This document shows, piece by piece, positions 1 to 8,742 of a stretch of 64,000 nt of DNA. A program made the translations under genes and the position numbers. Below the pieces are notes generated by a model. That model searched no databases, had not been told where the DNA came from, and saw only the letters and a program-made list of their open reading frames with translations. Origin of the DNA: Bacilli bacterium (GTDB taxonomy: Bacteria; Bacillota_I; Bacilli_A; RF39; UBA660); assembly GCA_900771805.1 (NCBI GenBank), contig CAAGPL010000009.1:2168-66167 (forward strand). The letters run 5' to 3'. Numbering within the stretch: position 1 is the stretch's first letter; each line of letters starts with the position of its first letter.

Positions 1-180
1 CTTGATATTTTTCCAATTGTATGGCAAAATATATTAGTGGATGTTCCTTTAAGAGTTCTTGCGCCTGATGCCAAAGAAGAACCAATTAGTGGTGACGGGT
101 GGCGTCTTATTACGGAAGATACCGATGAGGAAGAAATTGATCCAAGACTTGCAAAGTTAAAAGATTATATTAAAGAGTAA
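1..180 (+). CDS. C-terminal fragment of a YceD/DUF177-family protein (partial, runs off the window start)
   Basis: Frame 1 is open from base 1 to TAA 178-180. The acidic tail ...TEDTDEEEIDPRLAKLKDYIKE is typical of DUF177. It lies directly upstream of rpmF, the usual yceD-rpmF arrangement. Confidence 0.65.
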   Translation, partial: LDIFPIVWQNILVDVPLRVLAPDAKEEPISGDGWRLITEDTDEEEIDPRLAKLKDYIKE

Positions 181-195
181 GGAAGGAGTGAGAAT

Positions 196-402
196 ATGTT
201 AAAGTTGGATATCCAATTATTTGCAGTTCCATTCAGAAAAGTTAGTAAGACAAGAAAAAGAATGCGTCGTACTCACTATAAAATTGAAGCTAACGGAACA
301 GTAAAATGTCCTAAATGTGGTGAAATGATTAGACCACATAGAGTATGCCCAGAATGTGGTAGCTACAAAGGAAAAGAAGTTATCAAGAAAGAAGAAGCTT
401 AA
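196..402 (+). CDS. rpmF: 50S ribosomal protein bL32 with an unusual 9-aa N-terminal extension
   Basis: Contains [18 protein letters not shown] plus the CPKCG...CPECG zinc ribbon. Strong SD AAGGAG (183-188) lies 7 nt before ATG 196. The extension is MLKLDIQLF. Confidence 0.9.
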   Translation: MLKLDIQLFAVPFRKVSKTRKRMRRTHYKIEANGTVKCPKCGEMIRPHRVCPECGSYKGKEVIKKEEA

Positions 403-419
403 AAATTAAGCTTTTTTTT
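395..419 (+). terminator. Rho-independent terminator after rpmF
   Basis: AAGCTT-aaaaatt-AAGCTT hairpin followed by a T-run; overlaps the stop codon. Confidence 0.6.
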
Positions 420-464
420 ATGCTTTTAAACGTGTTATAATTATTAATATGAGGAGTTAATAAT

Positions 465-1376
465 ATGAATTATAAAAAATTAAGTAAGTTAACAAAGATA
501 GTAGTAGGAATTATTATAATAACAATAATGCTTTTTAAAAATACTGACTTAAATGAATTTAATAAAATTGTTGCATCTATGAAAAATGAAGTAATTGAAG
601 AAAATGATGTTAAATCAAATTTAACTGTTTCTTTTATTGATGTAGGTCAGGCTGATTCTATATTAATTAGAAATGGTAATTATAATATGCTTATAGATGC
701 TGGAAATAATGAAGATGGAGAAAAGTTAGTTAATTATTTTAAAAGTCTTAAAATAGAAGAATTTTTATATGTTGTAGCAACTCATCCTCATGAAGATCAT
801 ATAGGTGGAATGGATGATATAATTAATAATTTTAAGATAGACAATTATTATATGCCTAATAAATTATCTACGACAAAAACATTTATGGATGTATTAGATG
901 CTCTTTTAAGTAAGAATTTAAAATATACGGTACCAAATAAAGGAGATGTATTAAAGCTTGGTGATGCTAATATAAATGTTATATATTCTGGTGATGAAAC
1001 AAATGATATAAATGATTCATCTATAATTTTAAAAATAACACATGGTAAAAATTCATTTTTACTAACTGGTGATGCAACTTATAATGTTGAAAAACAGATA
1101 TTAAATGATGATATAAAAAGTGATGTTTTAAAAGTTGCACATCATGGTTCAAATTATAGTTCTAAAGAAGATTTTTTAAATAGTGTAGATGCAAAATATG
1201 CTGTTATTTCAGTTGGACGTAATAATATATATAATCATCCATCTAATAGTACTTTAGAAAAATTAGATAAAAGAAATATTATAGTTTATAGAACGGATAG
1301 GGATGGCACAATAACATTTACATCAAATAAAGAAAATTTAAGTGTAAATACATATGAAACTGATACTAATGGGTAG
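465..1376 (+). CDS. Membrane-anchored metallo-beta-lactamase-fold hydrolase, ComEC C-terminal-domain-like
   Basis: N-terminal TM segment, the HPHEDHIGG (HxHxDH) motif and a later AHHGS motif. Confidence 0.8.
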   Translation: MNYKKLSKLTKIVVGIIIITIMLFKNTDLNEFNKIVASMKNEVIEENDVKSNLTVSFIDVGQADSILIRNGNYNMLIDAGNNEDGEKLVNYFKSLKIEEFLYVVATHPHEDHIGGMDDIINNFKIDNYYMPNKLSTTKTFMDVLDALLSKNLKYTVPNKGDVLKLGDANINVIYSGDETNDINDSSIILKITHGKNSFLLTGDATYNVEKQILNDDIKSDVLKVAHHGSNYSSKEDFLNSVDAKYAVISVGRNNIYNHPSNSTLEKLDKRNIIVYRTDRDGTITFTSNKENLSVNTYETDTNG

Positions 1377-1384
1377 GTGATTTT

Positions 1385-1606
1385 ATGAAATATGCAGTAG
1401 ATAAAGTAGAAGGTGATATCGTTTTACTTGAAAATATTTTAAATGGTGAAAAAAAAGAAGTAAGAAAAGAATGTTTTTCATTTCAAGTTAAAGAAACTGA
1501 TATCATAATAGTTTTAAATGGTATTTATAAAAAAGATAATAAAGAAAAAAATGATAGAATTAAAATGATAAAAGCTAAAATGGAATCTTTAAGAAAGAAG
1601 GAATAA
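1385..1606 (+). CDS. DUF3006-like small protein
   Basis: MKYAVDKVEGDIVLLE... N-terminus and a basic coiled tail. This family is a typical partner downstream of stand-alone ComEC-like MBL genes. Confidence 0.55.
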   Translation: MKYAVDKVEGDIVLLENILNGEKKEVRKECFSFQVKETDIIIVLNGIYKKDNKEKNDRIKMIKAKMESLRKKE

Positions 1607-1609
1607 TAT

Positions 1610-2308
1610 ATGAAATTAATGTTAATAGGTGGCGGAGATATAGGAAGAAGTAATACTAAATATGAGACAAAAGAAATTGATGAGAAAATAGTAAAACTTT
1701 CTAACAAAGAAAACCCTAATTTTTTATTTATTGGTCTTGCAAGTAATTTTTCTGATTCTTATTATAAAGTAATTAAAGATATATATAAAAATTTAGGTTG
1801 CAAAACAGGAAAAATATCTAATAAAACATTAACCCATATAGAAGTTGTAGAAGAAAAGATAAAAAATGCTGACATAATTTATATTGGTGGTGGAGATACT
1901 GTTAAATTAGTTAATATATTAAAAGAAAATAAAATTGATAAAATGCTTAAAGAAAAACTTGATACTGAATCTGTTTTAGTAGGTATTTCAGCAGGAGCAA
2001 TTTCTTATTTAAAAAGTGGTTTATCTGACACTGAAATAATAAATAACATATCTAATAACTATGTTAAAGTAGATGGCTTAGGGTTTATAGATTATATGTT
2101 TGTACCTCATTTTTCTAGTGATTCTAAAAAGATGGAAGATTTAGAAAAAGTATTAAAAAACGATAAAGATAGTATTGCGTTATGTACAGATAATTGTGCT
2201 GCAATAGAAATTATAGATGGACATATTAATGTAGTAAAAAGTGATATAAAAGCTAAAGCATATAAAGCGGTTTACAAAGATAAACTTTATTTAGAAGAAA
2301 TTAATTAA
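1610..2308 (+). CDS. Peptidase S51 (PepE/cyanophycinase-like, type 1 glutamine amidotransferase-like)
   Basis: LIGGGD start, IYIGGGDT, and the nucleophile elbow GISAGA. Confidence 0.7.
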   Translation: MKLMLIGGGDIGRSNTKYETKEIDEKIVKLSNKENPNFLFIGLASNFSDSYYKVIKDIYKNLGCKTGKISNKTLTHIEVVEEKIKNADIIYIGGGDTVKLVNILKENKIDKMLKEKLDTESVLVGISAGAISYLKSGLSDTEIINNISNNYVKVDGLGFIDYMFVPHFSSDSKKMEDLEKVLKNDKDSIALCTDNCAAIEIIDGHINVVKSDIKAKAYKAVYKDKLYLEEIN

Positions 2309-2333
2309 AATGTTATGTTGAAAGGAAATTATT

Positions 2334-2693
2334 ATGAAACATTACATGAAACTTAAAAATGATCCTTTTTTAAAAATAAAAAATAAAACTAAAACTATTG
2401 AAATGAGATTAAATGACGAAAAAAGAAAAAAGATTAAAGTAGGAGACATAATAGAATTTACTAATGTTTCTACTTTAGAAAAATTATGTGTTAAGGTACT
2501 TAACTTATACCATTATAAAGACTTTAATACTCTTTATAAAAACCATGATAAAATATCTATAGGATATTCTAAAAATGATGATATAGATCCTAGTGATATG
2601 CTTATGTATTATAATAAGGAAGAAATAAAAAGGTATGGAACTCTTGCAATTTTAATTGAAGTTATATCACTTAATATAGATATAAAAAAATGA
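2334..2693 (+). CDS. ASCH domain protein
   Basis: The pattern F..IKNKTKTIEMRLNDEKRKKIKVGDIIEF matches the ASCH beta-barrel signature. Confidence 0.6.
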   Translation: MKHYMKLKNDPFLKIKNKTKTIEMRLNDEKRKKIKVGDIIEFTNVSTLEKLCVKVLNLYHYKDFNTLYKNHDKISIGYSKNDDIDPSDMLMYYNKEEIKRYGTLAILIEVISLNIDIKK

Positions 2694-2816
2694 AGCTGGA
2701 GCCTTTAAGTTACGTACCTTTTGATATAAGTAGATTAATACAAAAAGATAAAGATGCTAAGAATTTAATTTTATCTAGCAATTAAGGTGTTTTATAGTTA
2801 AAAATAATAAATTCTT

Positions 2817-2847
2817 AAAAACAAGATAAATTTGTTATCTTGTTTTT
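2817..2847 (+). terminator. Rho-independent terminator
   Basis: ACAAGATAA-atttg-TTATCTTGT perfect 9-bp stem followed by TTTTT. Confidence 0.8.
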
Positions 2848-2889
2848 ATATTACTTTTTATATTAGTTTCAAATTATTTTATATTTATC

Positions 2890-2918
2890 TTTATTTCTTT
2901 TATCTTTTTTGATATAAT
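2890..2918 (+). promoter_or_regulatory. Candidate sigma-A promoter of the tad operon (extended -10)
   Basis: TGaTATAAT at 2910-2918 with a weak -35 TTTATT 17 nt upstream. This argues that ATG 2944, not 2917, is the tadE start. Confidence 0.5.
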
Positions 2919-2943
2919 GATTATTGATAATAGGGGTGGCTTT

Positions 2944-3294
2944 ATGAAGAATAAAAAGGGTCAAGCACTTGTTGAGTTTGTTTTAATACTTCCAGTTATG
3001 TTAATGATTATTTTTTGTATGATAGATTTTGGACGTGTTATATCATTAAAAAGCGATTTAGATGGTGTGTGTTTTGATGCAATAACTTTTTATCAAAATG
3101 GAAAAGATAAAGATGAAATAGTAAATATATTATCAAAAAATGAAATAAAAGATATTAAGCTTGATATAGAGGTTAAAGATGATTATATTGTAATTAGTGC
3201 AACCAAAAAAATTAATCCAATAACCCCGGGATTAACATACATTAAAAAGGATATATTTAATGTTACGGAATCTAGGGTGATAAAAAATGAATAG
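2944..3294 (+). CDS. TadE-like pseudopilin
   Basis: N-terminus KKGQALVEFVLILPVMLMIIF matches the TadE motif G/xxxxE(F/Y) plus a hydrophobic helix. SD AGGGGTGG precedes ATG 2944. Confidence 0.7.
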   Translation: MKNKKGQALVEFVLILPVMLMIIFCMIDFGRVISLKSDLDGVCFDAITFYQNGKDKDEIVNILSKNEIKDIKLDIEVKDDYIVISATKKINPITPGLTYIKKDIFNVTESRVIKNE

Positions 3295-3685
3295 GCATAA
3301 AGAGTGTGGACAAGCACTTAGTTTATTTGTGGTTTTTTTACCATTTATACTAATGATAGGTGCATTTTTAATAGATATTGGTTATGCTAAATATAATAAA
3401 ATAAAGTTAGATAGTATAAATAAAATTGCCATAACATATGGTCTTTCTAATATTAATTCTAACCCAAAGGATGATATCATTAATTTAATAAAGAAAAATG
3501 ATAAAGATATTAGTGAGATTAATGTGGACATCAATAGTGATGAAAGATTAATTAAAATTTTGATAGGTAAGAAAAATAATAGCTTTTTTGGAAAAATATT
3601 AAATAAAGATTTTTTTAAGGAAGAAAGTAGATATTTAGGTTATATAAAAGATGATAAATTTATAATTGAAAGGAATATAAAATGA
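3287..3685 (+). CDS. TadE/TadG-like pseudopilin (second)
   Basis: ECGQALSLFVVFLPFILMIGAFLIDIG N-terminal helix; overlaps the preceding gene. Confidence 0.5.
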   Translation: MNRHKECGQALSLFVVFLPFILMIGAFLIDIGYAKYNKIKLDSINKIAITYGLSNINSNPKDDIINLIKKNDKDISEINVDINSDERLIKILIGKKNNSFFGKILNKDFFKEESRYLGYIKDDKFIIERNIK

Positions 3686-4485
3686 AAAAAGAAGCTGCAA
3701 AAATAATAACTGTTTTTTCTTGTAAGGGAGGTGTTGGTAAAACAACTTTAACACTTAATCTTGCAGGTATTTATAGTTTAATGGATAAAAAAGTACTTAT
3801 AATAGATCTTGATTTAAATAGTGGTGGCATAGCACTTAGTTTAAATGTTGATTGTGATAAAACTATTTTTAATGTAGTAGATGATATAAGTAATAATAGA
3901 TATGAGAATATGAGTGGTTATATTTCTAAATATAATGATAAAATTGACGTTTTATCTGCTCCTAAGGATCCTAGAAATGCGTTTAAAATTGATTCTAAAT
4001 ATATAGATATGATAATTACTTCATGTATTTATAAATATGATGTTATATTAATTGATACTAACCATAATTTAAATGCTATTTTACTTTCGGCTTTAGATAA
4101 AAGTGATAATACTGTTTTTATGATTACAAATGATCCAGTTGATTTAAAGAATTCAAGAAGTATGATAGCTATATTAGATGATAATAAATTTGATAATTAT
4201 AAAGTTGTTTTTAATTCTTCTAAAGATACTGGTAAAGATTATTTTTCTTTGTATGATGTAAAAAACATAATAAGACATAATATTGATTATACAATTGATA
4301 ATTCATTTTATATAAAAGATATTGATAAATATGTAATAGAAGGTGAGATATTAACATTAAATAAGAAAATAAGAGCTCTTAAAAAAAGTGATATATTTAA
4401 ACTTACAAAGCTTTCTAGTGCTCTTTTAGATACTAAGAAAGAAAAAAAAGAGGTGAGTGAAGATGGAAAGACCAAAACTAACTGA
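3682..4485 (+). CDS. TadZ/CpaE-like ParA/MinD-family ATPase (no receiver-like N-domain)
   Basis: Deviant Walker A SCKGGVGKTT and the position between the pseudopilins and tadA. Confidence 0.8.
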   Translation: MKKEAAKIITVFSCKGGVGKTTLTLNLAGIYSLMDKKVLIIDLDLNSGGIALSLNVDCDKTIFNVVDDISNNRYENMSGYISKYNDKIDVLSAPKDPRNAFKIDSKYIDMIITSCIYKYDVILIDTNHNLNAILLSALDKSDNTVFMITNDPVDLKNSRSMIAILDDNKFDNYKVVFNSSKDTGKDYFSLYDVKNIIRHNIDYTIDNSFYIKDIDKYVIEGEILTLNKKIRALKKSDIFKLTKLSSALLDTKKEKKEVSEDGKTKTN

Positions 4486-5794
4486 TGTTTTTGAAGTAAA
4501 AGAAGAAAAGGTAGTTACAAAACCTGTTGCTGATTATGATATTTTTAAGGATAAAGAACTTTTAGATAATTTAAGAAATTCTATAATATCAAATTTAATT
4601 GATGATAAAATACCTAATAGCAAAATGCTTCATGAATATATAAATGATGAGATAGATAAAGCTTTATTAGGATATGATTTAACTACTTTAGAAAGAAGTC
4701 ATATTTTTAACTTAATTGATAATGAAATAAATGGTTATGGACCAATAACAGAATTATTAGAAGATCCTAATATTACTGAAATAATGGTTAATGGTAAAAA
4801 TGAGGTTTATGTTGAAATAGATGGTCAAATAAGTAAGGATGATTCTGTATCGTTTATTAATGATGAGCATATTATAAGGACAATACAAAAAATTGTGCAA
4901 CCTTTAGGAAGAACAATAGATACAGCAAATCCTATGGTTGATGCTAGATTAAAAGATGGATCAAGACTTAATGCTGTTATACCACCTTTATCATTAAATG
5001 GGCCTGTTGTTACAATAAGAAAATTTAGACAAGATATGAGAAGTATTGATGATTTTTTAAGAACTGGTGCAATGACACCTTATATGGCACGTTTTTTAGA
5101 TGCTGCTATAAGGTCTAAGTTAAACATAATTATATGTGGTGGTACTGGTTCTGGTAAAACAACTCTTCTTAATGCGCTATCTTCTTTTATAGGAGATCAT
5201 GAGCGTATTATAACAATTGAGGATGCTGCTGAATTAAAGCTTAGACAAACTCATGTTATTGGACTTGAGACAAGGTTAGTTAATTATGAAGGTACAGGTG
5301 AAGTTACAATAAGAGATTTAGTAATTAATTCACTTCGTATGAGACCTGATAGAATAATAGTTGGTGAAGTTCGTGGTAAGGAAGCTTTTGATATGCTTCA
5401 GGCTATGAATACTGGACATGATGGTTCTCTTACAACAATGCATGCTAATGGACCAATTGATGCATTAAATAGATTAGAAACTATGGTTTTAATGGCTGGT
5501 ATGGATATTCCTATTAAAGCAATTCGTGAATATATAGAAAATGCAATTGATTTAGTAGTTAACGTATCAAGATTATCAGACGGAAGAAGAAAAATAACTT
5601 CAATATGTGAAGTAGATGGTTTTAAAGATGATGTAATACAGTTAAGGGAGATATTCTCATTTAAACAAACCGGTATTACTAGTAATGGTGAAGTAGATGG
5701 CTCATTTGATCTTAAAAAACGTACTCCAAAAGTATATAATAAGATAAAAAATAGAGGTATTAATGATTTAGATGATATATTTAACGCAAAATAA
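4463..5794 (+). CDS. tadA: TadA/CpaF secretion ATPase
   Basis: Walker A GGTGSGKTT, TIEDAAEL, RMRPDRIIVGEVRG, and the His box GHDGSLTTMHAN. SD GAGGTGA precedes ATG 4463. Confidence 0.9.
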   Translation: MERPKLTDVFEVKEEKVVTKPVADYDIFKDKELLDNLRNSIISNLIDDKIPNSKMLHEYINDEIDKALLGYDLTTLERSHIFNLIDNEINGYGPITELLEDPNITEIMVNGKNEVYVEIDGQISKDDSVSFINDEHIIRTIQKIVQPLGRTIDTANPMVDARLKDGSRLNAVIPPLSLNGPVVTIRKFRQDMRSIDDFLRTGAMTPYMARFLDAAIRSKLNIIICGGTGSGKTTLLNALSSFIGDHERIITIEDAAELKLRQTHVIGLETRLVNYEGTGEVTIRDLVINSLRMRPDRIIVGEVRGKEAFDMLQAMNTGHDGSLTTMHANGPIDALNRLETMVLMAGMDIPIKAIREYIENAIDLVVNVSRLSDGRRKITSICEVDGFKDDVIQLREIFSFKQTGITSNGEVDGSFDLKKRTPKVYNKIKNRGINDLDDIFNAK

Positions 5795-5811
5795 AAAGAG
5801 GTGAAAAAAAT

Positions 5812-6804
5812 ATGAATGTATTTATAATTCAAACAATAATTATGATACTCTTAGCTTTTATTATATTTTATTTAATAATATATAATAAAGCTTTAAAAAT
5901 TGAAAAAAGAATATCAAAATATAGTATTGAATCTATTAAGGATACTTCTGTTTCACTTTTTGATTTAGTACATATTAATTATAAAAAATTAGTTAAAGTA
6001 TTTACTAAGACGTTAAAAAAATCAGCTGTATTAAAAAAATATCAAGAAAAGTATAGTAAATATATATCATATGACCAAATGAAAGATGTTTGTGCTATGG
6101 ATTATATTAGTAATAAATTTATAATAAGTATTTTATTTATACTCATTATATTTTTTGCAAGAGTAATAGAAGGTTTATTTCCAAGTATGTTTGATATATT
6201 ACTTTCAGGACTATTAGGTTTTTTTGTTCTTGATATATATCTTAAAATTAATAATATTATAAAAAAAAGGAAAATAGAACAAGACCTTTTAAATGCTATA
6301 ATAATTATGAATAATGCTTTTAGATCTGGTAGAAGTACTATGCAAGCTATTGAAATTGTTGCAAAAGAATTAAAAGGTCCAATAAGCCAGGAATTTGAAA
6401 AAATGCATTTAGAGATAAGCTATGGCCTATCGTTAGATGTTGTTTTTGATAGATTTTCAAGAAGAATAGAATCAGATGAAGTAAGTTATATAACATCATC
6501 ACTTAGTATTTTAAATAAAACTGGTGGTAATATTATAAAGGTATTTTCATCTATTGAAAAAATGCTATTTAATAAAAGAAAATTAAAGGAAGAAATGAAA
6601 TCTTTAACTTCTAGTTCTAAGATGATAAGTAGACTTCTTCTTATTATGCCATTTATATTTATTTTACTTATAATAATATTAGATCCTAAATACTTTTTAC
6701 CTCTTATTAAAACTACGGTAGGAAATATAGTTTTATGCTTAATAGTTTTAATATATGGTTTTTATGCATTTGCTATTAATCGTATAATGAAAGTGAGGTT
6801 TTAA
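5812..6804 (+). CDS. tadB: TadB (T2SS F-domain inner membrane protein)
   Basis: TM-flanked cytoplasmic T2SSF-like domain (AFRSGRSTMQAIEIVAKEL...) and its position after tadA. Confidence 0.8.
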   Translation: MNVFIIQTIIMILLAFIIFYLIIYNKALKIEKRISKYSIESIKDTSVSLFDLVHINYKKLVKVFTKTLKKSAVLKKYQEKYSKYISYDQMKDVCAMDYISNKFIISILFILIIFFARVIEGLFPSMFDILLSGLLGFFVLDIYLKINNIIKKRKIEQDLLNAIIIMNNAFRSGRSTMQAIEIVAKELKGPISQEFEKMHLEISYGLSLDVVFDRFSRRIESDEVSYITSSLSILNKTGGNIIKVFSSIEKMLFNKRKLKEEMKSLTSSSKMISRLLLIMPFIFILLIIILDPKYFLPLIKTTVGNIVLCLIVLIYGFYAFAINRIMKVRF

Positions 6805-6806
6805 TT

Positions 6807-7508
6807 ATGAAGGATAATAAGTCATTTATAACCCGTATTTATAGAAAAAAAAGTATAAAGAAAATGGATGATAAGATAAATCTATTTGGAATTTCTAAAA
6901 AATTTAGCACCGAATATTTTATGAATTTTAGACTATTTACATCAGTTCTATTATTTATAATTACCTTTTTATTTTTTAATCATGGAGCTCTTTTATCTCC
7001 TATAATAACGGTTTTATGGTATTTATCAGTTAATTATTTTATGATTGATAAACCACTTAAAAAAAGAGAAAAAAAACTTGATAATGAGGCTTATTATTAT
7101 TTTGAAGTTTTAACTCTTGCATTAGAATCAGGAAGAAATTTAGAAAATGCTATTAAGATGGCTTGCAAATATATAGATTCTGAAATATCTTTAGAATTTA
7201 AAGAAACATTAAAGCAAGTTAATTTTGGTAAATCATTAACAGAAAGTTTATCAATTATGAATACTAGGATACCCAGTCTTACAATAAATAATATAATATT
7301 AAATATGGAACAGTCAAATCTTTTTGGTAATAGTATAATAGATACTATGTATAATCAGTTAGATTTTCTAAAGGATAAACAGGTAATGGAAATCAAATCA
7401 CAAATTAATAAAATTCCAAATAAAATAAGTATTATTTCAGTTATATTTTTTATACCTTTAATCTTACTTATTATTTTAGGACCATTATTAGTTTCTTTTA
7501 TAAGTTAA
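6807..7508 (+). CDS. tadC: TadC (T2SS F-domain inner membrane protein)
   Basis: Second T2SSF-like membrane protein (LALESGRNLENAIKMA...), adjacent to tadB. Confidence 0.7.
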   Translation: MKDNKSFITRIYRKKSIKKMDDKINLFGISKKFSTEYFMNFRLFTSVLLFIITFLFFNHGALLSPIITVLWYLSVNYFMIDKPLKKREKKLDNEAYYYFEVLTLALESGRNLENAIKMACKYIDSEISLEFKETLKQVNFGKSLTESLSIMNTRIPSLTINNIILNMEQSNLFGNSIIDTMYNQLDFLKDKQVMEIKSQINKIPNKISIISVIFFIPLILLIILGPLLVSFIS

Positions 7509-7532
7509 AAGACCGATAAGGTCTTTTTTTTT
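7507..7532 (+). terminator. Rho-independent terminator after tadC
   Basis: AAGACC-gataa-GGTCTT followed by T9. Confidence 0.8.
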
Positions 7533-7624
7533 GTAAAATAGCTTTACATTAAGTATATAATATTATTTACTGGGAATATTTTTAATGTTAATATTTTAAT
7601 AGAAGAGAGTATTTTAGGAGTGAT

Positions 7625-8662
7625 ATGATGAAAAAGGATATAATTGAAATCTTGGATTTCGAAGAAGGAAAAAATAAGGTTGGAAGACCACGTCTTGCAG
7701 ATGCAAAAACAAAAAGAAAATCACTTATAATAGCATGTATTTCCTTTTTTTCAGTTATATTACTTTTAATATTTGGTTATGGTACATTATTTGGAATTAA
7801 TATGAATAAATTATTAGGTAATGTAAATAATAATAATTCTAAGAAAGAAAATATATTAATAACTGATATAAATCCAATAGTAAAAGATATTACTTTAAAA
7901 GAAAATACTATAAGAAAAGTATATTTAACTGTATTGCCAGCTGATTCTACAAATAAGACTATAAGATATAAATCTGCCGATAAAAATATAGCAACTGTAG
8001 ATGAAAATGGAAGGGTAAGAGCAATAAAAGAAGGTAATACAATAATATATGCATATACAACAGATGGTTCTTTAAAAAAGGCATCATTTAATATAAAAGT
8101 AATTAAAGATGTTAAAGCAGAGTGTAATTTTACTAGTATATCTAAAGCAAGTGATAGATTAAATTATAATATAGAGTGTAAAAATGCTAAAGTAAAACAA
8201 ATAGAATATAAAACTTTAAATGATGATTATAGAAAAATAGATAGTAAAAAATTAAGTGATAGTATATTATTTTCTAAAGAACAATTAGAAAATGATATAA
8301 CTTTAAAAGTAGTATATTATCCTAATAATAGTAAAATAACTAAATATCAAACAAAAACTATAAAAGAAGTAAAACAAACAAAAAAAATAGATGGTAATTG
8401 TACGCTTACTATAAAAGAGGTTAATACAAATAGTGCAAAATATGATATTACATGCAATAATGCAACTGTAAATAAAATAGCATATAAAATTGGTGATGGA
8501 AGTTATGTTGGAATAGATGAAAGTAATTTAGCAGATACTATTTTATTTGAAGAAAGTGATGTTACAAGGATAATTTATTTTAATGTAAGTTATGTAATAG
8601 ATGGTACAAATAATTTAAAATCAATTACTAAAAATGGTGTAATTCAAAAGAAGGTAGATTAA
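7625..8662 (+). CDS. Membrane-anchored protein with a Big_2 Ig-like domain plus two tandem Cys-pair domains
   Basis: One TM segment (aa 34-56). Big_2-like stretch ITLKENTIRKVYLTVLPADSTNKTIRYKSADKNIATVDENGRVRAIKEGNTIIYA. Two homologous ~85-aa repeats follow. Confidence 0.6.
   Translation: MMKKDIIEILDFEEGKNKVGRPRLADAKTKRKSLIIACISFFSVILLLIFGYGTLFGINMNKLLGNVNNNNSKKENILITDINPIVKDITLKENTIRKVYLTVLPADSTNKTIRYKSADKNIATVDENGRVRAIKEGNTIIYAYTTDGSLKKASFNIKVIKDVKAECNFTSISKASDRLNYNIECKNAKVKQIEYKTLNDDYRKIDSKKLSDSILFSKEQLENDITLKVVYYPNNSKITKYQTKTIKEVKQTKKIDGNCTLTIKEVNTNSAKYDITCNNATVNKIAYKIGDGSYVGIDESNLADTILFEESDVTRIIYFNVSYVIDGTNNLKSITKNGVIQKKVD
8117..8644 (+). repeat. Protein-level tandem duplication (2 x ~85 aa) inside the Big_2 protein
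   Basis: AECNF...YNIECKNAKVKQIEYK...ID...LSDSILF aligns with GNCTL...YDITCNNATVNKIAYK...ID...LADTILF. Confidence 0.7.
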
Positions 8663-8742
8663 AAAGGAACTTTAAAAAAAGTTCTTTTTTCTTTTTTTTA
8701 CATATATTTTAATTATGTGTATATTATATAAAAGGTGATTAT

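Noticed and set aside
1525-1707. Assorted short antisense or out-of-frame ORFs in the track: 1525-1707(-), 8880-9074(-), 26041-26235(+), 27063-27254(-), 27462-27692(-), 35867-36079(-), 43397-43714(-), 54934-55122(-), 58503-58700(-).
   Set aside because: Each is nested inside a longer ORF with recognisable family motifs. None has an SD. Such ORFs are expected in a ~25% GC sequence where stop codons are frame-biased.
2690-2785. 31-aa ORF (MKLEPLSYVPFDISRLIQKDKDAKNLILSSN) overlapping the ASCH stop, considered as an Flp pilin or a gene remnant.
   Set aside because: It has no hydrophobic segment, no G/xxxxEY motif and no SD. It is probably non-coding 3' UTR before the terminator at 2817-2847.
5398-5832. 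144-aa minus-strand ORF overlapping the end of tadA and the start of tadB.
   Set aside because: It lies entirely within the well-supported tadA/CpaF coding sequence on the other strand. It has no translation signals.
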